A stretch of 64,000 nt of DNA. Source: the human T2T-CHM13v2.0 reference genome, Homo sapiens. The position numbers were made by a program, and so were the translations under genes. The DNA is taken from assembly GCF_009914755.1 (NCBI RefSeq), contig NC_060926.1; one strand, written 5' to 3'. The notes under the pieces were generated by a model. It was not told the origin of the DNA. It saw only the letters and a program-made list of their open reading frames with translations, and did no database searches. Each line of letters opens with the position of its first letter. Position 1 is the first letter of the stretch. Below, one piece after another: positions 37,586 to 50,930 of the stretch.

Positions 37586-40500
37586 TTAATGGCACTGAAA
37601 GTGACAATGACAGATCAAAGGAGGAGGAGGTGGGGAGACGTTCATCCCAGCTGGGAGGAGTATTTATGCTGGCATTGTTTAGAATTCCTCATAGATGGTG
37701 ATGATACACACTAGAGCAGCTTTTAAATGGGTTTTTATTATTGTTATTCAATACTGGACAGGAAACGCTCCGTGTTGGAATGCTACTGAAAAGATATAAT
37801 ACTGGTTTATAACCTCTTAAATGTGAAAGTCCCAGACCTTGACAATACTACCTTCCCTATCCTTATTCCTCTTCAAAAAGGCATAGCTTAATAAAGTGGA
37901 TACCTATTGCAGTTAGTGTGTGGACCTTGCTGGAAAAATCTTGCCTTCCTACAGAAAACACGTCCCAAATGGCCAAGGAATGCTTTGAGACCCTTCATCT
38001 CTGGCTGTGTTTGGATAGCACAGTGATTTAAATTTGACTCAAACTCTGCAAATCAAATACTGCCTCCTGAGTATAAAACTGGTATAGAGAATCATCCAAA
38101 GAAAATATATATATCCAAAGATATATATCCAAAGAAAAAAGACTTAGCATCTTCTACCTACAATATGAACAGATGGAAAAGCAGAATGACCAGGACTAAA
38201 AAATGAGAATACAATAAAATAGATATTTGAAAATAAGTCACGAATACAGGTAAAGGGTAGTGGCATCTTTGTGGTTTTGAATTCTGAGATATCTACCATG
38301 CCCTTTCTTCTCCCTCTAACACACACAGGTATGTGTATATACCTTATTTAACTTATCCCTATTTGCTTTAACTGGTTTCTGTCAAGAGTAAGCGTAGTTA
38401 TCAACAATAAGTGTAAATCTTTGAAAAATATGTTTTTCTTATTTTCAGATTAATTTTTATTGGATTCTATAAGGCACATTCTTGATATCCAGTAACTGCT
38501 TTTCATGTATTCTGTTTTTAGTTATATTTTTGTTGTCCTTTCTCCCAAATTTAGTTTGTTGTTAGATCAAAACATGAGTCGTTTTTGGAGCAGACAACAG
38601 TTTGTATCTTAGCCCCATAATATTTTCCTTCCTGATTACCACATTCTTTATGCTTTACATTATGTCTTAAAGCTAACATCTCTGTTTTCATAATTTTCTA
38701 TCATTGCTTGCTTTATATGGTATTTTAATGAGGAATATACTAATGTCCTCATGGATAATGGACTGTCGTAGCAGTTTGTCAAACTAAATCCTGGGGCTCA
38801 GAAGATGTAATTCTCTTAAAGACATATTGTACACATAGAGAATGGTTTATTAACCACTAAAATGTTGAAGTTAACTTTTAACGGCCCCACTCTAACTTTA
38901 CCTCTCTTAAGATATGTATCATTTCTTTTTGAATTTAATTTTTATAGAGTATTATCATTTTGAAACTGATATTCTTCATTTCAGTTTATATTGTATATGT
39001 ATGTATATATGTATATATATATATATCTCCACAATTGATCTAAATTATTGAAATTTATTGATAGAAAAACATGTAAAATCTACTATAAAATATTGCCTCT
39101 GTAGTTTATTCTTGATTATAATGCCCACCCAGTTTTACTCATTACTAAACAAATCATCTTAAATGCAATTATTAGATTTTTCCCATTCCCTGCCTCCCCC
39201 ATTCCAAGTTGTACAGAAATCAATGCACTTCATCTGTCTCATAAATCTCAGTAATAGCAAATCAGAGGCCTTGGCCTAGAGTTGAGCCATAAACCATATT
39301 TTAGAAGTAAATACATTCCTAAACATATTGTTTCAGTCTGTTTTTCTTTATTCCCAGCCAATTCGAATCCTTGCTAAGGGAGAATGCGGTGATAAGAAAC
39401 CAACAGGTTTTATTTATTTATTTATTTATTTTTATCTAATTATTGTTAACAGGCACAGTAGGCAAGATCTTCCCACTGCAACCTGGAAGACAGGGGTGGA
39501 GGCAGCTCCCACTCAACGAGAGAGCACGTAGGGGTACCTATACTAGCCCACCATTGTGGCTGAGACTTAAAACTGCCCCACAGCCTAGTATTTTCCTACC
39601 CAATTCTCTTATCACTCTCTGCTTTCACTGGTGCTCTGTCTGCACTATGATCACAAAGTTCTTCCTGCCTGCTCCTGCTCCATTCCCTTTATCTTCTGGG
39701 TGTTTCTTCCACTATAGCAGCTCTTTTGCATGACTAATATCCTGTTATCTGCTTCTGCAGGACTCAAACTGACCCACTGATTACAATAATTTAGAGAAAT
39801 TTTAGTGATAAAAATGTAGTATATTAAGAAAAGTGCCTCTGTTGTTGTCTGGAGAATTCAGAATACTTCTAAAGGTGTTGAGTCTTAGGTGGAACTTTAG
39901 ACGTGAATGAGATTAGGTGAAGGATGGCAAATAGAAGAAAGTCTAGGTATTAGCCACAGGGGGGAAACAGAGTGAAAAATAATGACAACTAATGATCTCT
40001 GGTGCCAAAGATACTGACTACAAGTTGGTGAACTGTAAAATTTGATAGACAAGGTGTGTGACAGGTGAAGGGGCTGCTAAACTGGTAGAAAAATGTGGAT
40101 TCCTGCAATAGGTGACATTTTCAATAGTTTTGGGGCTTGTATCACATGTGACTCTCGAAAGTAAAAATTAAGCAGTGATTTATGATTTAGATAGTCTGTG
40201 AAACAATGGCCTTTTAGTCATAATATTGCATTTATTTTCATCTGTATCTCACCGACATTATTTGTTATAAGCCTAAAATAGATTTTTTAAAGTAACTTTA
40301 ATCAAATCAATGATAGGAACGATATTAGCGATATGGTAAAAATTATAAGGATGAAAAGCACATTACTCAAGATCAGGATACATTTAAAAAAACCAAGAAC
40401 AAAATTGTTTCTTAGGCTGCTAAGCAACATAATAGAGCTGAAATTTAAAGTGAAGAATTTTTTTTGTCCCAAATTTGCAAAGCAGGTTTGTGGTGTGAGT

Positions 40501-40588
40501 GACGCAAAGTAAGAGGATGTTGAGAGTCTGGATAAAAATGGTGACAGCAGTGGGAAGTAGATGAGGCGATCAATATGTGAACAATTTA

Positions 40589-40992
<404 letters not shown>

Positions 40993-41482
40993 CTAGTGCC
41001 CTGGAGATAATGGCTTATTGAAGAAAAAGACTATTTAGGAGGGAGAAAGTGAGATCACTAGGGCGTGATAGTGTTCATGATGATGCAGCCTCCAACAAAT
41101 GTACATACTTAATTCTCTTTAAGTATTAGGATTCCTTCCCATTCCAGGCAAAACTTCAGTGAAAATAGAGCAACATGTAAACATAATCTGGTGAAGTGTT
41201 TATTTATTATAAATATTTAAAATACTTATCTCTAAAATTCTAAAACATCGAGGCAAGAAAAATTTTTTTTAAATATCAGAAAAAAAAAAACAACAACAAT
41301 ACTGAAAGGATGTTTCCTGCACAAAGACAGTTGAAACTCACATCTGTTGAGCTGTGGTTTTGAGACGTAGAAAGCATCAGTAGTGGAGACTCCACTGATC
41401 CATTTATTTATATGTGATCCTTGTCAAGACACTTGCTGGTACTGAGCCTCAGTTTTCTCATTTATAAAAAAGTATGATGATA

Positions 41483-41807
<325 letters not shown>

Positions 41808-42133
41808 TTATAAGAAATATAGACAATGAGTATAAATGATTGGCATAATTCTTGGCAAATATCTGATAGCTATAAATATATTGTAAATATATTTTTGACC
41901 CAGTAACATTATGCCAGACCAAGATACTTTCCAAATCAACAGAAAGACATTCTGAGTTTCAAGAGCTTGCAAAGCATACCTTTTCTTCACACTTCTTACA
42001 AAATAGTCAATGAAGAAACACTCTATTCAGTTAATAAAATAATTACATTTAAGAGAAAATAATAGAAAACAATGTGATAAACTCTTGATGAGCATTGAAG
42101 CCAATTAATTAATGATAGTGTTAAGTATAAAAT

Positions 42134-42220
42134 ACTAGTTATAAATATGATTATCAAGTGAAAATGACTAGTTATAAATACAGTTGTCAAGTGAAAATAA
42201 ATATGGTTGTCAAGTAAAAT
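42134..42220. repeat. Degenerate 33-bp tandem repeat, about 2.7 copies
   Basis: actagttataaatatgattatcaagtgaaaatg, actagttataaatacagttgtcaagtgaaaata, then a partial third copy. Confidence 0.8.
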
Positions 42221-42741
42221 TTACTATGAGAAAACCATTTCTAAAATATACAAAACATAAAAATAATAATTTAATAACAATAGCAGGATCTAAAAATCCA
42301 GAGTACATTTTAAAATGATGGGGAGGAAAATATTAACAGAATTTTTATACTACACAAAAAATTTAAAAGATTCAATTTAATCTTTGATATTGATAATTGG
42401 AAAAAATAAAAGTATAAGTCACACACGCAAATATACACAGACATTTAATTATGTCAAAAGTAATAAGCTCTAAAAGCTAGGTATTTTCCAGGAAAATTAT
42501 AGATATTCTGAAGGGAATGCTTGTGGCTATCACTGTTCCCACTCATAGTACACAATTTCTGCTAAATGATTTGTTTCATACTATAAACAATATTATTAAA
42601 AAACTTTCCTACATCAAATAGATATTGGTATCTAAGTATCCAATGACATTGCAGAAAGTCACAAGCTTGGTCAAAAGAAGTATGTAAGGGCTAGCTCTTC
42701 TAGCTCTTCCAGTCAACCCTAAAATTTGTTTTATACCATGA

Positions 42742-42795
42742 TCTATTTCAGCATTCAGAAACTCACCGTCTATTTCAGTATTCAGAAATTCACCA
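42742..42795. repeat. 27-bp tandem duplication
   Basis: tctatttcagcattcagaaactcaccg and tctatttcagtattcagaaattcacca. Confidence 0.9.
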
Positions 42796-42876
42796 AAATG
42801 TATTGTAAATTCATTGTGTAGGCATGGATTTAAAATTACTCCACTTGACCAAATAAAAATTATCCATATATACATG

Positions 42877-43154
42877 GAGACACGGTCTCGCTCTGTCTCC
42901 AGGCTGGAGTGCAGTGGCATGATCTCAGCTCACTGCAACCTCTGCCTCCTGGGTTCAAGCAATTCTCTGCCTCAGCTTGCCTAGTAGCTAGGATTACAGG
43001 TGCTCACCACCATGCCCAGCTAATTTTTGTATTTTTAGTAGAGACAAGGTTTCACCATGTTGGCCAGGATGGTCTGTATCTCTTGACCTGGTGACCCACC
43101 CGCCTTGGCCTCCCAAAGTGCTGGGATTATAGGCATAAGCCACCGTGCCTGGCC
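42877..43154 (-). mobile_element. Alu, AluSc-like, with no poly-A tail
   Basis: antisense dimer with 'ggatggtctgtatctcttgacc'; the tail position reads catatatacatg. Confidence 0.9.
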
Positions 43155-44659
43155 GAAACAAAATTCTTTAAAGAACATCTCTTACATACTATACCTCTGA
43201 AAATCTAATTCTGTCAGGTTTTAGGGTGGAAGAGTAAAAACAAACAAATGGATATCTCCATATTTTACACTTCTTTGCTCTGTTCTATCTTTCAAGTTCT
43301 CTAATAAAGATATGCATTTAACTACATTTCAGTGAAGATTTTGAGAGGATTATTTTTCAACCCTTTAAAAGACAAATTATCCTTCCTATGAACTAATCAC
43401 TGTATACAATAAGATTGGAATTCAGCAAATTCAAGGTTGGTAAGCAAAACAAACTTGGCTGATAAAAGAGTTAATAGATTGCTAAGGAACTATCTGGTTT
43501 AAAATGCATACTTGTATGTTCGGCCTTGATTTAGTGGTAAGTTTGGGTAATGATTAGGTATTACATAATCTTTCAATTCGTCCACTTTTATAAAAGACTT
43601 TATAATATTTGTTTATAATTCCTTAGGATCAACATATTTTCTAGATAGGCTTTAAAATGTTAAATATTTTATCTTATTTTCCAAATTGAATTTCTGAAAA
43701 TATTTTTAAATTTAATTTTAATTCTGTATGGTATTTCAAAAAAATCCATCTTATTTTTAAGCTGACTTTTTTGTAGAAATAATTTGATATTAAAGAGAGT
43801 TTTAACTTGCTAACCATTCACTCAGGACATTTAACTATAAATGGTTGTTAGGTAACTCAATCTAGTCTATGAATTTCAGCAAGTAGCTTATGTTCCATGG
43901 AATCCAGTGATTACTAGCTAAGGAAGGTATGAATTATTTCCTTTGATGAAGAAACATTTTAAATACATCTTCAATTGTTTGAATTATATAGTCTTTGAGA
44001 ATGAAGACTCCTCTTGGGCATTTTAATTAAAACTTCAAATAAGCAATGAGAATGTCAATTTGATGAGCATTCATAGCATTTGGTGGAATTTTGGATAATG
44101 AAACAAATATTAAATATGCTTTTTTTTCTTAGAAACGTCATCCTTCTTCTATCATGGCTTTGAATAACCTTGTCTTCTTCAGTTCTCTTTTCATCATCTT
44201 TTTTGAATTTAAAAATATTACTTCAATTATTTTCATTAGGTAACTCGCATTTCTAAGAGAAAATGAAGCCAAAAATCTCAAAGAAGCAATGAAAGTCAAC
44301 TAACTTTTGGTGTTTGTTTATATCAAGATATATTGTATGCCTAAATCTTTGATAAACAAAGAAATCAGTTGGTATCCTTCTCCACATCTGTAAAATTTGC
44401 TTGGTTGAAGTCTTGGAGGTTGAGTAAAGGCCAAATGGGAGCAGAGGTTCAATAAACCAAATATATAAATCCCAGAACTGATTTCTGTACAGTAAAATCT
44501 AAAATGTAAATAGTCAGATAGAAAGTCATCACCTCTGGAAATGTTTTTGTCCCATAGTGATAATGGCTGCGTAAATAAGAGTATGTTCATATTTTTTTCT
44601 TGTTTTTCTTTCACATTATGCTTTCTTCTATGATCATTCCTTTATATTTTTAAATCACT

Positions 44660-44921
44660 ATTTTTTATTTCAATAGTTTTGGGGGTACATATGATTTTTG
44701 GTTACATAGTTAAGTTCTTTAGTGGTAATTTCCGAGATTTCAGTGCACCCGTTACCCGAGCAGTGTACACTGTACCGAATAGTCTCTTATCCCTCACATT
44801 CCTCCCAATCTCCCCAACTCCGAGTCCCCAAAGTCCGCTATATCATTGTTATGCCTTTGCATCCTCATAGCTCAGCTCCAACGTATAGGTGAGAAAGTAC
44901 AGTATTTGGTTTTCCATTCCT
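44660..44921 (-). mobile_element. L1PB1-like 3' end
   Basis: 'aagttctttagtggtaatttccgagatttcagtgcacccgttacccgagcagtgtacactgtacc...atgcctttgcatcctcatagc'. Confidence 0.85.
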
Positions 44922-45304
44922 ATAATCACACTAATTGGAGCACCAACATTAATTTTGCCTGTCGTTGCCACAAAAATGATTACTAAAATGTTAAAACCTG
45001 TAATTATACATTTGATTATGTTTTATACAGTTAGTATAATATATAAGAACTAAGGATGAATTAAGAGTCAAACCACAGTTTGCAAATAATTGCTGAAACA
45101 TTGGGATAGTTACCATCACAACTTTCAAGTAAGAAAAAGAAAGCTAACTAAATTAGCATCATTTCACATTTCATATATAGACAATTGGATTTTATTCCAT
45201 TTATATTAGCCAGAAAGTTAACTTATCTATAAATTAGGGGGTATTCAAACTTAAAAACTAGATGAGCTTTTATTAGAAACAACTGATGTAAAAGTTCAGA
45301 AGAA

Positions 45305-45858
45305 TTTTTTTTTAATTTGCTTTTTTTAAATTAAGTTTCTAGGGTACATGTGTACAACGTGCATGTTTGTTACATATGTATACATGTGCCATGTTGGTGT
45401 GCTGCACCCATTAACTCATCATTTACATTAGGTATTTCTCTTAATGCTATCCCTCCCCCCTCCCCTCTCCCCCCACCCCACGACAGGCCCCGGTGTGTGA
45501 TGTTCCCCACCCTGTGTCCAAGTGTTCTCATTGTTCAGTTCCCACCTATGAGTGAGAACATGCGGTGTTTGGTTTTCTGTCCTTGTGCTAGTTTGCTCAG
45601 AATGATGGTTTCCAGCTTCATCCATGTCCCTACAAAGGACATGAATTCATCCTTTTTTTTATGGCTGCATAATATTCCATGGTGTATATGTGCCACATTT
45701 TCTTAATCCAGTCTATCATTGATGGACATTTGGGTTGGTTCCAAGTCTTTGCTATTGTGAATAGTGACGCAATAAACATACATGTGCATGTGTCTTTATA
45801 GCAGCATGATTTATAATCCTTTGGGTATATACTCAGTAATGGGATGGCTGGGTCAAAT
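45305..45858 (-). mobile_element. L1PA (PA5/6-like) 3' end, about 550 bp
   Basis: antisense L1PA 3' UTR and ORF2 terminus 'agggtacatgtgtacaacgtgc...cccacctatgagtgagaacatgcggtg'. Confidence 0.9.
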
Positions 45859-47894
45859 CATTCTTTAAACAAATATGGCACATATTTCTATATAGATGCC
45901 TTGAACAGAATTACAAATTAATTTATAGTTTTACTACAGTTTGTAGTGAAACATGATGTTTCTTGTTTTCATCCCTTGGAATATTGAACATAGGTACTGC
46001 TTCTGAAAACAGTGGTGGGGAAATCACTGGGGGCTAAAGGCCTCCTTTTAAAGAGAGAGGCTTTAGGAGACACACATTGAAATGTAAGATGATGAATGGA
46101 GGTTCTGAATATGAAATGCTGAAACACGTTTCCTAAGCACAGTAGAGAATCCCAAATTGCACTCTTAAAAGGTACCACTATAAAAACAATTAAACCCTTC
46201 CTTATCTATACATGGATATGTAGCAAAGACACATTTTCTTTCAAATTATCTTTACGTTGGGTCAGTATCTGGCTTACTGTTGAAAAAATAAGTTCATTGT
46301 GTGTGGTAGTTTTTATGTTTCAATGAAAGCCTTCATGCTATAAAGTAACACTCTCAAAGAACAGCCTGTCCTCAGAGACTTGAGCTGTCTAGAAGATTTT
46401 TTACCGTGTATTCTGATGAGCCTATTCACTTGGAAATATTTAAATGACATAAACTCATTAACTCTAGAGGGTAGCAATTTCATGGAAAGAAATTCATTTT
46501 TTTAATGTATTGGAGGTATTCAACAGAGACTTTTGGTGGGTATTATCTTTGTTTTTGACTCTCTTGAGGGTGACTGGGAGTGTGTGTCTGTGTACATATC
46601 ATTAGATGGTTCTTCATGAATAAGCATTTTGAGTGTGTGAGAAGCACTTGAATGAGAGTCAGATTTTGTAATATTGTAGAAAGAAATATATCCCATCCAC
46701 CATTCTAAAACATATATGTCACCAGAATCCTGTCTTAATAAGTACCTGTAAATGATAATTCATTTTCCTTTCCTATTTATACAATTACTTTTATATTGAG
46801 TAGATTAAAATTCAACACGTTGATTTGAAATGAGTATCAGTTTCTTCTAAGTCCAAGTATATTTAAAACTCAACTAAGGAAAGGCTGTAAAGCTCTGGAA
46901 AAAGCAGACTACCTCTATCCATCTTCTGCAGTAGGATTTAACTAAATAACAAACACCCCTTTTTATAGATAATTATCAGAGTCTAAAGTTCTATATTTTA
47001 ATTATATGCTTCTGGGTGGGATTTTTACTTTGTGAGCACTCAGGAAATGCATATTAATTTTAACATCTCATAATGATATTATTAGGAACTCCAAGAGTCG
47101 CCTAGTTTGAGAATCATACATAGGGTATTAACCAAGGAAGACTGGCAGACCAGGAAAATCTTTCAAATTTCTTTTGGAGTTCCTACATTATAACATCTTT
47201 AAAACTCCACAGTAACATACTAGCTTACTCATTCGTTTGGCTTATATATGCCATTCATTCATTCATGTATTCATGCAAGATGCAATTATTGGTTACTTGT
47301 CATATGTGCATATTGAGTGCTTGTCATATTGTAAAACACTGTGGTAATTGTTGAGACAGGACAATAATGATTTAAAGCTATAATGAATTAAACCTCACTT
47401 ACCCAAATATATGGTAATAACTTGTCAATTAAAATTCCTATTACTTTAATATTTTCTCAAAACATCTGATCCTTTCCTTGCCCTATTCAAAAACTGCCAA
47501 TAATTACTTCTATACCTCTCTCTCTCGGCACAAGCAATCGCTGAGAGTAGAAAGTCAAGCCTTACCTTCATAATTTGATGCCCAGCATCTATTTCCAGGC
47601 AAATGTTTTCTATTATTTTTCTTCACTTTACATTATCTAAATTAAACTGCTTATTTAGTTAATTGGTTTTGGAGTCCTATAGAAATGGCCTTACCAGTCT
47701 CATTCCATAGCCAGTGATTCTTGAGTACATTACTTGGCTTCACATGAAGCTGGATGCTACCTAACTCATAAGTTTACTGCAAAGAGCAAATAAAGAAACA
47801 CATAAAGAAAAATGACTGACACAGGGCAGATGCACCATGTATCTTAATGCCAAGCACAGTATTTATTGCAGGGAAGTGTACATATTTATGAGTG

Positions 47895-48090
47895 TGTATT
47901 GAACTCACATAACCTGGGTCAAACTGCCTCTGCCACTTACTAGTTTTGTGAACCTGCATAAATTACTTAATAACCCCAATGCTCATTTTTAAAGTGAGAA
48001 AATTATGGTACTCATCTCAAATGTTTTCTGTGAATATTAAACATATAAATTAACATGTTTTCTGGAACACAGCACTCAAGGATGTTGTTT
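47895..48090 (+). mobile_element. MIR
   Basis: 'cctgggtcaaactgcctctgccacttactagttttgtgaacctgcataaattacttaa'. Confidence 0.75.
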
Positions 48091-48581
48091 AAAATAACAT
48101 GTATGTTATGTATTGTCTTAATCGTTGTTACTATTTCCATTTCCTCTTAATATAAACTGTGCGTTCATATCTTCAGGTCTTTCTTCCCATCATTGCTCTT
48201 CCTAGAATATACTGATATTCTTTAGCGATCTTATTCATAGCTCAAAGTTTTGAGCCTCTGAGTCTCTCAGCTACATATGAGTTATCTTTTCTAACTTCCT
48301 AAACTACTTTATCCAGAGGACCTTTCTTATGACATGTTTTAGTTCTTATATGGTTGTGTAGATATTTTCAATATTACTTATGGGATGTGTCAGACATAGA
48401 AACAGCTATAAAGAATAACAAAATGATCGTCGGTGTTCCCATTGCCCAAATAAAGAAATACAATTTCTGTCCATCAAGAGATGCTATAAGAACATAAAAG
48501 CATTGGAAAAGACAACAGACTGGTTGAAGATATTTGCAACTAACACAGCCATCTGAAGCCACTGCATATCCTTTATTCACT

Positions 48582-48676
48582 CAGGTTGCCATATAAAATA
48601 CAGGATGCCCAGTTAAATTTGAATTTCAGGCAAAGCACTAATAATGTTTTAGTGTAAGTCTGTACTAAATACTACA
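48582..48676 (+). mobile_element. MER53-like hAT element, half copy
   Basis: 'caggttgccatataaaatacaggatgcccagttaaatttgaatttcag'. Confidence 0.75.
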
Positions 48677-48999
48677 TTCCTCACCCTTCTCAAATGTAAC
48701 CTCTCTCCTAAATTTGTCATTCATCATCTCCCTGAATTTCTTTATCCTTTTACTAAGTTCATGTATTGTCAACTACCACATAATAGTTTTATGTGTTTTA
48801 GATGACAAATGGTAACATAGTGTATGCATTTTCTGCATCTTGCTTGCTTTTCTTTCTCAGCACTTTTTGCAAGATGCTTCCAGATTTATGGGTATTTAGG
48901 TTATTTCTGTATTTTTGTCATTATTAACAGTGCTAATGTGGACATTGTATAAATGTGTACATTAAAGTTTCTCTAGGGATTATATTGAATTTTTCTCTT

Positions 49000-49583
49000 G
49001 TCACAACCCTACGTTGAGTCCTGGAAGTCTGACATGGACTTCACCAGGGGGCTTCCTTGTCCTGGCTGCTCACTGGCCAGTGGAAGGCAGCTTCCCAGAG
49101 ATCAGGCAAGAGAATGAAGCTAGGTTATTTATTCCCTGGGTTCCTTCCCTCCTGAGTCAGCTCACATCGCTGTTTTCCCTTATTGAGAACCACAGGTACT
49201 GTTGCCCGACCTCTTTACAGCTACCATAATTTCTTCTGGTTTCAGTAGCCTGTCTCTGCATTTTCCAGTCTAGAGCTAGTAGTGATTCCTGTTGACCTTA
49301 GCCCTGGGATACTAAAATCCTATTGTATGTTGATTTCTCTTAAGCCTGCCTAAAATTTTATAGATAATCCATTTATAAAGTTATCTCTAGGCCAGGTGCA
49401 GTGGTTCACAACTGTAATCCCAATGCTTTGGGAGGCCAAGGCAAGAGGATCCCTTGAGGCCAGGAGTTTGAGAGCAACCTGGGCAACATAGTGAGACCCA
49501 CATCTCTTAAAAAAAAAATCCCTGAAGTTATCTTTAATTGTCTGGATTGAGTATCTGTTTCTAGCTGGGATACTAAGACAGGC
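49000..49583 (+). mobile_element. LTR33/LTR16-like ERVL solo LTR, split by the FLAM
   Basis: 'ttatttattccctgggttccttccct', 'tagccctgggatac' and the end 'atctgtttctagctgggatactaagacaggca'. Confidence 0.5.
49390..49518 (+). mobile_element. FLAM_C Alu monomer
   Basis: single left-arm monomer with an A tail; 'aagttatct' is repeated on both flanks. Confidence 0.85.
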
Positions 49584-50734
49584 ATATGCCTAGGAATTGA
49601 ATTTTTTTTGAGTATGCATGCCTTCAGCTTCAACTAGGCCAAACTTTTCTCCACAGGTATTGCACCTATTTAATTTCCACCAGGAGTATGAATGAATTCC
49701 GACAGCTTTATATTCTCTCTAATGATGGTATGATTAGATTTTTAAATTTTTGCAAAATTAATGTTTGTTGTATCTCATGGTTTTAACTCATATTTATTTG
49801 ATGATTATTAAACTGGAGTAACTTTTCATGTTTTATTGGCAATCCAGTTTACACTCATTACCTGATAATATTTTTACTTTTTTTCTAATATGTGGTTGGT
49901 CTTTTTCCTACTTAATTTTGGCAGTTTTTTACATATTCTGGATTTTATCTCTATGTCAGTTATAGTCATTTAAAATATTTTCTCACATTCTGTGACTTAT
50001 ATTTTCACTGTAATAAAATGCTACCTTTTGATGCCCAGAATTTTAAAATATTAACGCCGTGAAATTTATCAGTCTTTTCTTTTATGTTTTATGCTTTTTT
50101 TGTAGTATAGATATTTATGTATATGGCTTTTCCTCCCTAAAAGTCTTTAAATTCTGTGTGGGCAGATAAATATATAAATATCGAATTCAACTTTATGTCC
50201 CTCAAAGCACTTAGCTTCGTGCTTTGCACATAGAAGGGATAAAACATAGATAAATATTGTCCAAAGAATGAGTGAAAATAGGTCAGCCCTCTACCATATC
50301 TTTTCAGTTCTCAGCATAAAAAAATCAAAAGCAGAATTCTATTTAGAATAGAATTATTTCTCCAAATGCAGAAAGTTCTTTAGTGCCCTAAAATAGCCCC
50401 CAACTAATGACAAAACAAAAGAATATATTAAAGGAGAAAATACTTCTTCCTGTCAGCTACTTTTGATAGGGGTGGGTGTGATCACTCAAAGAAACTTTTG
50501 AAGATGTTCTTTGATTTGGAATAAGAATCTAGACTTAATACTCCTTAGTATACATAAAGGGAATGTTATTTTGTGTATAAATAAGCATACATATATTTTT
50601 GTCATTATATATTTGTATACTTTTTACTTTTTCTTGCCAACTAACTTTGGTCCTAGAGAATCAAGAAATCTGGGCTTGGTTTGAATGACGAGACAACTCA
50701 TGTATCTTTGCAGGTGAACCACAGTCACAAGGCA

Positions 50735-50930
50735 TGGGCTGGGAGATTCCCCAGTCTGGCTGAATATCAGAATCACTTGAGAAATTGCAAAAAGGATCAC
50801 TAAACCCAGAAAAACAGATTAGCAAATAGTCTGGATGGTTCGTGTTTGTGTGTGTGTGGGGGGGGGGCGGGGGGGTGTACACTCCCAGCTTTGTTTCGTG
50901 CACAGCCATGTTAAGGAACCACTTTACTAG
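50735..50930. mobile_element. MER5A-like hAT relic containing a (GT)n/G-run
   Basis: 'ggctgaatatcagaatcacttgagaaatt...cacagccatgttaaggaaccact'. Confidence 0.5.

Larger units (their letters stand above)
48680..50150 (-). mobile_element. Old L1ME fragments interrupted by an LTR33-like LTR and a FLAM
   Basis: 'aaagtttctctagggattatat', 'tatctcatggttttaac' and 'aatttatcagtcttttctttta' are antisense L1 motifs. Confidence 0.5.

Noticed and set aside
42134-42795. 27-33-bp repeats as a CRISPR-like array
   Set aside because: They are head-to-tail duplications with no spacers, only 2-3 copies, no cas genes, and lie in primate DNA.
50334-50356. Short hairpin aattctatt-tag-aatagaatt, and a similar one near 1692-1708
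   Set aside because: Arms of 8-9 bp are expected by chance in 64 kb of AT-rich DNA.
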